From Nitrosopumilus sp. (GTDB taxonomy: Archaea; Thermoproteota; Nitrososphaeria; Nitrososphaerales; Nitrosopumilaceae), in NCBI GenBank assembly GCA_965205675.1, contig OZ242186.1, positions 864,001-928,000 on the forward strand: a stretch of 64,000 nucleotides of DNA. Direction: 5' to 3'. Below the pieces are notes generated by a model. That model was not told the DNA's origin. It made no database searches and saw only the letters and a program-made list of their open reading frames with translations. How positions within the stretch are numbered: the first letter of the stretch is position 1; each line of letters opens with the position of its first letter. This document shows positions 54,030 to 63,545 of the stretch, one piece after another. The position numbers and the translations under genes are program-made.

Positions 54030-55761
54030 TTACAAAAAAGGCTACTCCTCCTATCACAAATCCCTTGGTGATTTTCAAGGAATTATCTAATGCTTTTGAA
54101 TAATCCTCGTAGATGCCCTGGCCCATCACTTTAACACTTGTCTCACTTTCTAAAATCTCAAATTTTGTGGTATTGATATTTTCTTCTGCATTTTCTGCAA
54201 TGGCAAAAAACCATTTTGCAAGTTTTTCTGCACTTGTAACTAATCCTAATTGATAATACCCATTTCTGTTTCTAGCTTTAACTGGAGCGTAATGTGTATC
54301 TGATGTGCAAATTTCTAATAATTGATAATTCTTTCTTGCAAAAATATCTGTGATTTTCTCTCTTACTCCGTTCTCCATGTTGTTTGCATCTGCCCATCCT
54401 AGAAAATATTTTTTCTGATTAATCCTCAGACAGATAATTCCTAATCCACCCATTCCCAAATCCTCGGTCCATACGTCCATGTCTTCTGTGTTTGAATACC
54501 CTAATTCTATTGGAAATCTTTCTTTTGAAATTAATGTGTCTAGACAAGATTTTGCAGCTTTTAACATGTCTTTCCCATCTTCTTTTGAAATCTCTTCGCC
54601 CATTGCATTATGACAATCAATGATCATTGTTCGTCCATAGTTTCGATTGTTTGCATATTGCTCAATCTCTGTTTTCATATAGCTTGGAATATCCTCCATA
54701 CCGTGTGGAGACAATGACAAAAATAATAGCGGGTTGTTTCCAAAAAGCAAGCCTGTAACTCGTGATTTATTTATTTGAACTGTTACTGGCTCTGTACATT
54801 CTACTCCTTCCTCTTTGACTTTACCATTCTCTAAATTTTTCAAATATTTTTCGACTTCATTTCTTGATGGGAGATTTAATGCATGATTTGATATGCTATG
54901 CATGACCATGGCTGATGATGCTAAATTCTTGTAAATTAGGTATGGAATATTACTTCCTCCTACTGGATGATATGGCCCCGGATGTATTCCCGGTAATACC
55001 ATGTTGAATTCTTTATCTCCTTTCTGTGTTGAGAATTTGATTTGTGATGTGGATACTTTGGTTTCATTAGAACGGCCTTCCATCAATTTTTCAGCGTCTT
55101 CAAAATCATTTCCTTGAGATGCCAGATATGCTTGAATTGTTTTATGTGTGCTCTCCATTGCCGGTCTTCCTGCTCTGTCTGTCAGTATTGACCATACACT
55201 TGCAATCATCATAAATGATATTCCATATGCCAACCCCGTAGGTTCAGTTAATATCAAAATCCATGATTCTTGTGGAATTAAGACTAGATACATTGCTAAT
55301 GGTTGAATCAAACAAATGGCCCAAGCTCTTTTGAGACTGACTCCTAATGTTGTTGTGTAAATCCCTATTCTAAAACTGGCAAATAATAATAATCCAAACA
55401 CTATGAAAAATAATTCAATATTTTTTGATAATACTATGCTTGATAAAATTCCCATTAACAATGTAACTGTCCAAAGCATGTTTGCAAAAAGTGATGAGTG
55501 TAAAGATTTTGAATATTCTTTCTTCATTGTAAATCTGGTGTCAAGTAATTGTGTTACATACAGCACTCCTAACACTAGTGGCAATCTGTACCAGTTATTC
55601 TCAAATCCTAATTCTGCTAAATATCCGAAATATACTGCAAATACTGTAACTGAAGCAACTACTAGTGAAACAACTAGTGAAAAATAATGTGATGATGGAT
55701 TCAGTAAAGTAAGGGAAAATCTATTGTGTATATTTGAAACATCATCTGGATCTTTTTCCAT
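54013..55761 (-). CDS. DUF2070 family membrane protein
   Basis: TM N-terminus, HPGP..GGS..P, DCHN, DANN, TSDTH. Confidence 0.88.
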   Translation of the reverse strand: MEKDPDDVSNIHNRFSLTLLNPSSHYFSLVVSLVVASVTVFAVYFGYLAELGFENNWYRLPLVLGVLYVTQLLDTRFTMKKEYSKSLHSSLFANMLWTVTLLMGILSSIVLSKNIELFFIVFGLLLFASFRIGIYTTTLGVSLKRAWAICLIQPLAMYLVLIPQESWILILTEPTGLAYGISFMMIASVWSILTDRAGRPAMESTHKTIQAYLASQGNDFEDAEKLMEGRSNETKVSTSQIKFSTQKGDKEFNMVLPGIHPGPYHPVGGSNIPYLIYKNLASSAMVMHSISNHALNLPSRNEVEKYLKNLENGKVKEEGVECTEPVTVQINKSRVTGLLFGNNPLLFLSLSPHGMEDIPSYMKTEIEQYANNRNYGRTMIIDCHNAMGEEISKEDGKDMLKAAKSCLDTLISKERFPIELGYSNTEDMDVWTEDLGMGGLGIICLRINQKKYFLGWADANNMENGVREKITDIFARKNYQLLEICTSDTHYAPVKARNRNGYYQLGLVTSAEKLAKWFFAIAENAEENINTTKFEILESETSVKVMGQGIYEDYSKALDNSLKITKGFVIGGVAFFVTSLFL

Positions 55762-55768
55762 GGTTTAT

Positions 55769-55936
55769 TCACGGAGCTAGAAATCTATCAATTACCCACG
55801 AAACAACAATTAAACCAATTGGGATCGATACTACGATTTTTGGATCTAGTTTGAATCCTTTTGTCTCATCTTCAAAGAATCTCATGAGACCTCCACTTGA
55901 TGCTGGGAGTGGCGCTGATTTCTTATTACTGCTCAT
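55769..55936 (-). CDS. secG: Preprotein translocase subunit Sec61beta (not in ORF track)
   Basis: MSSNKKSAPLPASSGGLMRFFEDETKGFKLDP followed by a TM helix. Confidence 0.9.
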   Translation of the reverse strand: MSSNKKSAPLPASSGGLMRFFEDETKGFKLDPKIVVSIPIGLIVVSWVIDRFLAP

Positions 55937-56688
55937 TATAATTCGAGATGACAGATTTTAACATAAAAACTTTATTCCTTGTGCAAAATTAGACTTTAAC
56001 TCCAATTTATTCCTGTTTTTATTTGATTTGGATTAGATCTGACATATTCATTCATTATTTGACTTTGTACCTGAATCCATTCGTATTTGGAATTCTTTTT
56101 ACCTAAACTCTTTTTTTAATCCTGTTTCTACTGATCTTTCTATCTTGAATTACTAGATGTGTCTTCCACAGATATTTCCAATATGCTTAAAATCTCTTTT
56201 CAAGATTTTTTACGAGTTCTCATTTGTTGACCTGATACGCTAATGTCTTTTATTGCTTTTATTTGTTCTTCAATTGATGCTGAATCTTTTTTTGATGCTG
56301 CAGCATTTTGTTCTGATGCTGTAGATATCTTTTGTATTCTTTGCCCTGTATTTTTTAATGCTTGAAATGATTTCTCTATCCTCTATATCCTGTTTTGATT
56401 TTTTTTGCTGATTCATCAATTCTAGTTGTTGTGGATTTAATTTTATCTTGAATTTCTCCAAATAAATTATTTATTTCTTGAGATGATCTGGCAGATCATT
56501 TTGTTAGTCTCCTTACTTTATCTATCATCACTGCAACAATGCCGCGTCCTACTCTTCCATACGTTCTGTCTTGATTGCAGTATTTGGCGCTAATAAGTTA
56601 GTTTTTTTTGCGATACTTCAAATAACTTTAACTATTGTGATCTTTTTACTTTTTTCAGATAATATTTGTATTTTATCTGAGAAATCTT

Positions 56689-57015
56689 TTATTGTTTTTT
56701 CACTTTTTCTATTGTTTCTAATAATGAATTAATTGTTTTCAGAATAATTTGTTGTTTTTCATGATTTTCTTCCTCTTCTAATTCTTTTGAGAGTAATTCC
56801 AATTTTTTTCTTAATGTTTTTTCTATTGGTATGTGGCTCTCTGATTGACTTGTCTGTGAAATGTCTCTTTTCTCTGGTTGTCTGCCACAACTAATGCATA
56901 GTGCTTGACCTTTTTTCATCACTCTGACTCCTTTACAATATGGGCACGGTTCACTAAGCAATGTGGCCCCTTTTAACAGCATTTCAGCTGCTTTTTTTGT
57001 AAGTTCCTCTACCAC
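56689..57015 (-). CDS. UPF0148 / Sjogren autoantigen p27-like Zn-finger protein
   Basis: AAEMLLKGATLL.EPCPYC....CISCG. Confidence 0.85.
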   Translation of the reverse strand: MVEELTKKAAEMLLKGATLLSEPCPYCKGVRVMKKGQALCISCGRQPEKRDISQTSQSESHIPIEKTLRKKLELLSKELEEEENHEKQQIILKTINSLLETIEKVKKQ

Positions 57016-57118
57016 TATCTTCTTTTAATTTTCTATCTAAAAAATCCGTTTATTTTCCCTTTTTCTTAATAACCAAACAAGGCTTAATAGTATGAATAAT
57101 CAAATTTAATTCGAACGA

Positions 57119-57427
57119 ATGGCAATAATTTGTAATACTTGTGGTCTTCCAGAAGATTTGTGTGCATGTGGCGAACTTGCCAAAGATAGTACTAAAATTA
57201 TCATCAGACTAGAAACTAGACGTTTTAAGAAAAAAGGCACTATGATTGACGGGTTAGATCCTAAACTGAATAATTTAGAAATTGTTGCAAAAGAACTTAA
57301 AAACAAATATGCTTGTGGCGGTACTGCTAAAGAAGGTTATATTTTCTTACAAGGTGATCACAGAGATACAATCAAAGACACTTTGATTAATTTAGGATTT
57401 GCAGAAGATACTATAGAATTACATTAA
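57119..57427 (+). CDS. Translation initiation factor aIF1 (SUI1)
   Basis: CGLPEDLCAC, LK.KYACGGT, LQGDHR. Confidence 0.95.
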   Translation: MAIICNTCGLPEDLCACGELAKDSTKIIIRLETRRFKKKGTMIDGLDPKLNNLEIVAKELKNKYACGGTAKEGYIFLQGDHRDTIKDTLINLGFAEDTIELH

Positions 57428-57433
57428 AATAAC

Positions 57434-58423
57434 TTGCAAAATTCAAATAAATTACTTCAATTAATTGGAATTCCTTTTACTGCATTACTTTCAGTGATTC
57501 TCGGTTTACTGCTAATTTCATTCCCTGTTGGGATTTATGTTATCTTTGAAACTGATGTTGGTGGTGATATCAACTATGAATACCCTTTAACTCATTTAGA
57601 ATTTTTTAAAGGAATTGATTTTTATCAAATTTTTACTGATGTGAGTGTTGGCGATGTCTTTGTTGTCTTGTGGATTTTTTATCTTGTTCTTTTTGTAATT
57701 GCTATTTTAGGACCACGTCGTGATTTTCTCAAAACTCTTTCTCTGATAATTTCAGTTGGGAAATATGAAACTCGAGTAAACTATATGATGGGAATCACCA
57801 AATGGTTTTCAATTTTAATTTTAGTTTCCACTCTGATAACTTTTCTTCAAAAATGGATAGGTGTTGATATTGTCCCCCCTTTAGTTGACAATGATTTAAT
57901 CCAATTTTTTTATGTTAGCTTATCTCCTCTGCTTGAAGAGTTTGGATTTCGTCTAATCTTGACCGGCATCCCGTTATTTGTATTATATTCATCAAAATCC
58001 TCTATGAGATATTTTATAAGATGTTTGTGGACGCCGGATGCTTTGGATATCTTTGATTCAAAAAAGGCCATTCTTCTGATAGTGTTTGTAGGTGTTCTTT
58101 TTGGATTTGCTCATATTGCGTTTGGTGATTCCTGGAGTGAGGGTAAATTTGCTCAAGCTGCTGCAGGCGGAATAATCTTAGGTTGGGTTTATCTTAGATA
58201 TGGTTTTGTTGCCTCTTTGTTGATTCACTGGGCTACCAATTATTTTGTTTTCTCGTATGCCAATTTTATTTCTCAGATTAATCGGATTTCAATCGAAGAT
58301 GCATTTTCACATTCGTTAATGTCTACTATGGAAATTTTGTTGTTAGCTGCAGGTTTATTTTCAATTGTTATTTTACTTGTCAATAGATTTTATTCTAAAA
58401 CAAAATCTACTCTAGAGGTCTAG
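57434..58423 (+). CDS. CPBP (CAAX/Abi) intramembrane metalloprotease
   Basis: PLLEEFGFR, FGFAH, HWATN. Confidence 0.9.
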   Translation: MQNSNKLLQLIGIPFTALLSVILGLLLISFPVGIYVIFETDVGGDINYEYPLTHLEFFKGIDFYQIFTDVSVGDVFVVLWIFYLVLFVIAILGPRRDFLKTLSLIISVGKYETRVNYMMGITKWFSILILVSTLITFLQKWIGVDIVPPLVDNDLIQFFYVSLSPLLEEFGFRLILTGIPLFVLYSSKSSMRYFIRCLWTPDALDIFDSKKAILLIVFVGVLFGFAHIAFGDSWSEGKFAQAAAGGIILGWVYLRYGFVASLLIHWATNYFVFSYANFISQINRISIEDAFSHSLMSTMEILLLAAGLFSIVILLVNRFYSKTKSTLEV

Positions 58424-59329
58424 TGCTATTTTCAATCCTTTGTATCTATTTCTGATTGTAACTTCTGTTACTCCGGCTGCTTCTGCAACATCTCTTTGTG
58501 TTTTATTTTCTCCATTGGTGACACATGCTACGTACAATGCAGCAGCAGCTAGCCCCATTGGATCTTTACCTGCTGAAATTTTTTGTTCTTCTGCTGTTTG
58601 TAGAATTTTTGTTGCTTTTCTTTTTGTTTTCTCAGATAATCCTGCTTTGCTTGCAATTCTTGAAATGCATTTTATTGGATTAACTACTGGCATCTTTAGA
58701 TTTAATTCCCGAAGTAATAATCGATAACATCTTGCAATATCTTTACGTTTGATGTTGCTTGCTTGACCAATGTCTTTTAGAGTTCTAGGCGTTTCTGTAT
58801 CTCTGCATGCTGCATAAAGTGCTGATGCAATTAATGCCGAGATGGAACGTCCTCTGACTAGTCCTTTCTCTAAGGCTTTTCTGTAAATGTAAGCTGCCTT
58901 TTCAATAACTGAATCCCCCACTGCAAGTTTATCTTTTAATCTGTCTAATTCACTAAATGCTTGTCTAAAGTTTCTATCCACTGGTTCATGAACCTGGCTT
59001 CTACTGTCCCATGTTCTTAGTCTTTCAATGGTGCTTTTCATTGCAGCAGTTAATGGCTTGCCTGTTGCATCTCTGTTTTGTGGATTGATTACAGTAGCTA
59101 GCCCCATATCGTGCATTGCAAGTGATGTTGGAACTCCTGCCCTGCTTTTGTTTTCACCTTCGTTTGAAAATGATCTCCATTCTGGGCCTGATTCTTCTAC
59201 TTTATCAGTAATGACAAATCCACACCTGCCACAAAAATTCTCACCTGTATTTGCATCTGTGACTAGGATTCCTTTTCCACATCTGGGACATTTGTCTTTT
59301 GGATTTGTTGCTTTAACCATTTTTTTCAA
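58412..59329 (-). CDS. tfb: Transcription initiation factor IIB
   Basis: CPRC..CGRCG Zn ribbon, GPEWRSF, cyclin repeats, VTEVTIRNRY. Confidence 0.97.
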   Translation of the reverse strand: MKKMVKATNPKDKCPRCGKGILVTDANTGENFCGRCGFVITDKVEESGPEWRSFSNEGENKSRAGVPTSLAMHDMGLATVINPQNRDATGKPLTAAMKSTIERLRTWDSRSQVHEPVDRNFRQAFSELDRLKDKLAVGDSVIEKAAYIYRKALEKGLVRGRSISALIASALYAACRDTETPRTLKDIGQASNIKRKDIARCYRLLLRELNLKMPVVNPIKCISRIASKAGLSEKTKRKATKILQTAEEQKISAGKDPMGLAAAALYVACVTNGENKTQRDVAEAAGVTEVTIRNRYKGLKIALDL

Positions 59330-59429
59330 AACCTTTTATGATAATATTTAACATTTTCTAAATTATTACTTATAAGTATTGTGGTCTTCGGTTCTGTGTA
59401 ATCTTCGAGACCCAAAATATTGATCTTCT

Positions 59430-60697
59430 TCAGATTGAATTTTCCTTATGTAGACTAGCATTTTCAATGATAGTTTTCCACTTGTTCTTACCGTCAATCT
59501 CAATCATTGAGGCCTCTGCTGGTGTTCTACCCTTTAATGCCTCATGTTTCTTTGTGAAATTATAGTAGACCTTCATTCCCTCGATAAGTGGCGTGTCTAT
59601 TCTCTTTAATCCCCTGAATACCTTTTCTCTGTCTCTAATAGTTCCATTGATTCGCTCCATCTTGTTGTTGTTATCACGATCTCTTTTACCTGCAATGTGA
59701 ATATGCCTAACGTGGTTTGTCTTCTTTCTAAAAACTTTCTTTGAGGATTTCATATATGCCTGTAATCCATCAGTTATGAAATTTCTTGGAGATTTCCCAG
59801 CTTGTCTTTTGGTCAATTCTAGTAAATTATCCGTATTATGATGAAACTTGTTATCTGCCATGTCTGAAGCCAACCAATATCTAGTATCATCATCCATTGA
59901 GGCAAATAGATAACACTGTTCACCATTTACCTTAACCCATACCTCATCAGCACGAAACCAGTTTCCAACTCTTGGAACTATGCAATTAAGATAAACTGAT
60001 GTTAGTTTGGAATATTGAGTTATCCAGTTATAGATAGTCTTGAATGATACATCAACACCCAACATCTCATAATGATCTGCAATTTTTCTAACGGACATTC
60101 CTGAATAGTACATCTGTAATGCTCCAGTTATGGTATTTTCATTTGACTGTTTTTTCCCAAAACCAAAGTTAGCAGTAAACCTACGTTTGCAGTCCTTACA
60201 CTTGAAAACTTGAACATCACCAGATTTAGTCTTACGCATACCCTTTTTTATTATCTTACCTGAATCACAGTATTTACACAGAGCTAGTTTGGAACGCTCT
60301 AAAATCTTGAAAGTATTGTTTTTCCTACATTGATTATTCTTGATTACATCTAAGACTATTTTGATGTGTTTACAGTCTGCTTTTCGGACTTGATGGTCTT
60401 TGCACTTACATCTTAACCCATTATCAGTTCTTGATACAGTATAGACGTCTTGCGTAATTATTTCTAGGCGTGAATTTTGCTGCAGGATTTTTCAAATGAG
60501 TTGAGAAATTTGAATTTTCAGGTATGAATTCTGTTAAAATACAAAATTTGAGAAAAAATCGCTATAATTACGCAAGAGGTCTTATAACGATTTTTTGGAT
60601 TCGTTTGAGAACGAACACTAAAATTATTTGAATCTAGTTGAGAACAATATCCTTTTGTTTCCATAATTTGTTTGGCTCTTTGTATTCTTGCGTTCAT
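59430..60697 (-). pseudogene. IS6-family DDE transposase with N-terminal SWIM and Zn-ribbon domains, interrupted by a MITE
   Basis: ADEVWVKV, ITDG, NN.MER.N; removing the MITE and one TAT restores a 374-aa ORF from ATG 60697 with CKC..CKH and CKYC..CKDC. Confidence 0.88.
60443..60582. mobile_element. 140-bp MITE with element C TIRs, copy 2
   Basis: Same TIRs and body as 19269-19408; TAT duplication. Confidence 0.92.
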
Positions 60698-60748
60698 GTA
60701 TAAAACCCCTTGAAAAAATAAATAGAACCAAGTGGGAAAAAAAGTACG

Positions 60749-60820
60749 TGGCTCAGATTGTACGATCCAATTTCGTCATTTCCCATGACGGATAAGAGGG
60801 TCACGGCTTCATCATTGCCA
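60749..60820 (-). ncRNA. Candidate box C/D / K-turn RNA in the transposase leader
   Basis: Minus strand tggca-ATGATGA...ATGACGA...CTGA-gcca with a terminal stem, internal hairpins and a T7 tract just downstream. Confidence 0.55.
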
Positions 60821-60938
60821 ATCATTTTTACTTGATTCATATTCTATATTATCCGTATGCTTATTTAATGCTTACTATTAACCGTATGCAAAACTAAACG
60901 ATCGGTTAATATGTATCTATGATGATTAAAAATATAAG

Positions 60939-61112
60939 TTGACTCGTTGGAAAAAAGACGAAACAAATTTTTCTGTAAAACTCTCTGATGATGGTAGACA
61001 TAGTACGATTTGCAGAATACCCAAACCGATCTTAGAATTCCTAAATAACCCTAATTCAATCAAATTTATAATAGATGGAAAAAAAATCATGGTTAGTAAA
61101 GGGAACAAATAA
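60939..61112 (+). CDS. 57-aa AbrB-like small regulator (TTG start, not in ORF track)
   Basis: MTRWKKDETNFSVKLSDDGRHSTICRIPKPILEFLNNPNSIKFIIDGKKIMV; ends 3 bp before the MTase. Confidence 0.65.
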   Translation: MTRWKKDETNFSVKLSDDGRHSTICRIPKPILEFLNNPNSIKFIIDGKKIMVSKGNK

Positions 61113-61115
61113 GAA

Positions 61116-61820
61116 TTGAGTGTTTTTTCGTCTACAAGAACATTGACTACGCCAAAAGTAACATTACCCCCACGTCTAAAAATCAACAAGAAATTAAAAA
61201 TGGATGGATTGAAATTTCTTTCAAACATACCTGATGATAGTATACCAGTATCTTTTTTTGATCCTCAATATAGAGGAGTATACGAACAAATGAAATATGG
61301 TAATGAAGATACTTCAAGAAATCACAAGCGAGTTGAAATTCCTCAAATGAGTAATAATACAATCTCTGAATTTATCTCTGAAATTGCACGTGTGTTGATT
61401 CCATCGGGACATTTGTTTTTATGGTTGGACAAATTCCATTTATGTACGGATCATAGAGAATGGTTTGAATCTACGTGCCTCAACACTGTTGATATGATAA
61501 CATGGAACAAGAAAAAGATTGGATTGGGGTATCGTGCAAGACATACTAGTGAGTTTTTATTAGTTTTACAAAAAGAACCTAAAAGAGCTAAAGGATGTTG
61601 GACATTGAGAAATATTCCTGATGTGTGGGATGAGAAAATCCCCCCCCCCCAACACAAAAAATATCATCATACAAAACCAATAGATTTACAGACACGACTT
61701 ATCAGAGCTGTAACCAATGAATTTGACTTGGTTGTTGATCCAGCAGCAGGTTCATTTTCAGTTTTAGAGGCTTGTAATACTGCTAATCGAAACTTTTTGG
61801 GTTGTGATATTAGAAGATAA
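61116..61820 (+). CDS. N6-adenine/N4-cytosine DNA methyltransferase, beta class
   Basis: Motif IV FFDPQY precedes HxxxKP and motif I VVDPAAGS..GCDI. Confidence 0.9.
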   Translation: MSVFSSTRTLTTPKVTLPPRLKINKKLKMDGLKFLSNIPDDSIPVSFFDPQYRGVYEQMKYGNEDTSRNHKRVEIPQMSNNTISEFISEIARVLIPSGHLFLWLDKFHLCTDHREWFESTCLNTVDMITWNKKKIGLGYRARHTSEFLLVLQKEPKRAKGCWTLRNIPDVWDEKIPPPQHKKYHHTKPIDLQTRLIRAVTNEFDLVVDPAAGSFSVLEACNTANRNFLGCDIRR

Positions 61821-62493
61821 AATGGTCAAATTATCAGATACAAAAATAAAGAAATGTCAAGGTGAGGCATATTTCAGATGTTTTGGGAATCAACAGTTAG
61901 CGTCTCTTTTGAGTAGAACTCAGTCATTGGTGATAAAAAATGGTAATGACCTTGAAGATATGATTTTAAAAAGAGTGAACATCATAGACAATCTTGATAA
62001 ATACCTTGAAACAACAAACCATCAAGGAATATCAGTAGTGCCTAAGACAAGTATTAAAAAATCAAACATCATCAAGTTTGATGGTGTTGAACCTGATTTC
62101 ATGGTGTTTGTAGAAAAGGATAACAAAAAAGCATGTCATTTGATAGAACTAAAAGATGGATGTGAATTTGATACAAAATCATCAAGTGCAGAAAAAGAAC
62201 ATTTGTATGAATTTATCAGAAAAAACGCACAAAAAATGCAATATACGTTTGATGGCCATATTTGTTGTTTTAATAAAACATCTCGTGAGGAAATAGTAAA
62301 AGGATTCAAGAATAAGATCACAAAAGACGATGCCTTGACAGGTCGTGAATTTTGTGAATTGTTAGAAATTGATTATGATGATATTGTCAACACTCGTAAA
62401 AAAGACAGAGAATCCAATTTGGATTATTTTCTTAAGGTTGCAATTATTGATAAAGAATTACATCTAAAACTAACAAGTTTACTTGCAAGATAG
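61804..62493 (+). CDS. Putative type II restriction endonuclease (PD-(D/E)xK)
   Basis: EPDF...IELKDG; overlaps the end of the MTase. Confidence 0.75.
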   Translation: MILEDKMVKLSDTKIKKCQGEAYFRCFGNQQLASLLSRTQSLVIKNGNDLEDMILKRVNIIDNLDKYLETTNHQGISVVPKTSIKKSNIIKFDGVEPDFMVFVEKDNKKACHLIELKDGCEFDTKSSSAEKEHLYEFIRKNAQKMQYTFDGHICCFNKTSREEIVKGFKNKITKDDALTGREFCELLEIDYDDIVNTRKKDRESNLDYFLKVAIIDKELHLKLTSLLAR

Positions 62494-62576
62494 CCAAACA
62501 TAACGTCTTTCCCTCAATCTGAAGAAGATCAATATTTTGGGTCTCGAAGATTACACAGAACCTGGTCTTCGGATTC

Positions 62577-63344
62577 TGTTGTTGTATCCCAAAATCAGTT
62601 CGTCCCTTATTTGACATCGTATTCTTCTCCTGTCTGCTCATCAATAACTCTTGTTCCTTTCCCTGGCATCTTTCTTGCATATGCCTTTACAGGGGTCTCA
62701 AGATTATCCCAGTCAAGTGACATGTGTGGCTTTATGTGGTTGTACCAGTGGACCAGCTCATCAATGGTGCCAAACCATTTCTGCTTTCTCTGAATCTCGC
62801 CGTGAAATCTTTCGAGCTTGCCATTGGTTTGAGGATGGTTCACTCTTGCCATGATGTGTTTTATTCCAAGTCTAACCAGTTCTTGCTCAAACTGTGATGC
62901 TCCTTTTCTCTTGTATTCTGATTGGTTTGCATAAAATTGGGAGCCATGATCAGTTAGAATTGATGCAGGCCTACCGTGCTTTGCAATTGCCTCATGTAAT
63001 ACTACAAGTGCGTTATCTGTTGTTGCCTCTGCAAACACTCCATGAGAAACGATAAACCTTGATGCGTCATCCTGGTAACACAGAAACCATCTGCCATCGT
63101 CTAACTGCTTCCAGTCAGTATGCCACATGGAGTTTGAATATGTCCTTTCATATCTAACCCACTTTCGCCTTCTCCTCTTCTTTGGCTGATCTTCTGCCAA
63201 CCCCTCATCTCTCATAATTTTGTGTATGGTATTGTGAGGTATGTGTGTTCCAGTGGTATCAATTATTTTCTCCAGGAATACTGCAGAACACCTGAACTTT
63301 TCAAATGTAGACTGGACAGTCTGTACCATCTGCTCTGTAATTAT
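62577..63344 (-). mobile_element. IS481-family element, 3' part (ORF 62607-63329), interrupted by IS110
   Basis: TGT terminus at 62577; WHTDWK, DDASR, TDHGSQF, PQTNGKLERF. Confidence 0.88.
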
Positions 63345-63545
63345 CCATGTGAATTGTTTTTATACATTTCCTCTCTTTCCATACATCAGGGCATGGCTTT
63401 CGCTAGAGAATGGTTTCAATCAAAAGATGGCAGACATGTATCCATACGAGACTATTCTCTCAATGCTATCTTCATCCTAGTTAGGATTGTTCGCAGTTAT
63501 TAGACGAGGCCTTGTCCCTCAATAATTACAACGCGACTTGCAGTC
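63345..63545 (-). ncRNA. Candidate IS110 bridge/seek RNA
   Basis: Predicted internal loop carries tgtaattat, the reverse complement of the insertion flank; a second segment atggata equals the element end/junction. Confidence 0.6.

Larger units (their letters stand above)
59390..62562. mobile_element. IS6-family transporter transposon carrying a restriction-modification cassette
   Basis: Perfect 49-bp TIRs (59390-59438 and 62514-62562) starting GGTTCTG; 8-bp TSD tggtcttc (59382-59389 and 62563-62570). Confidence 0.93.

Noticed and set aside
55980-56680. Decayed minus-strand coding-like region including ORF 56270-56461
   Set aside because: Probably a pseudogene, but no family is recognisable.
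60749-60820. Hammerhead ribozyme or fluoride riboswitch reading of the leader RNA
   Set aside because: TGATGA-stem-GAAA is present but lacks the conserved C of CUGANGA and stems I/III; the fluoride pseudoknot pairing is absent. The C/D K-turn reading fits better.
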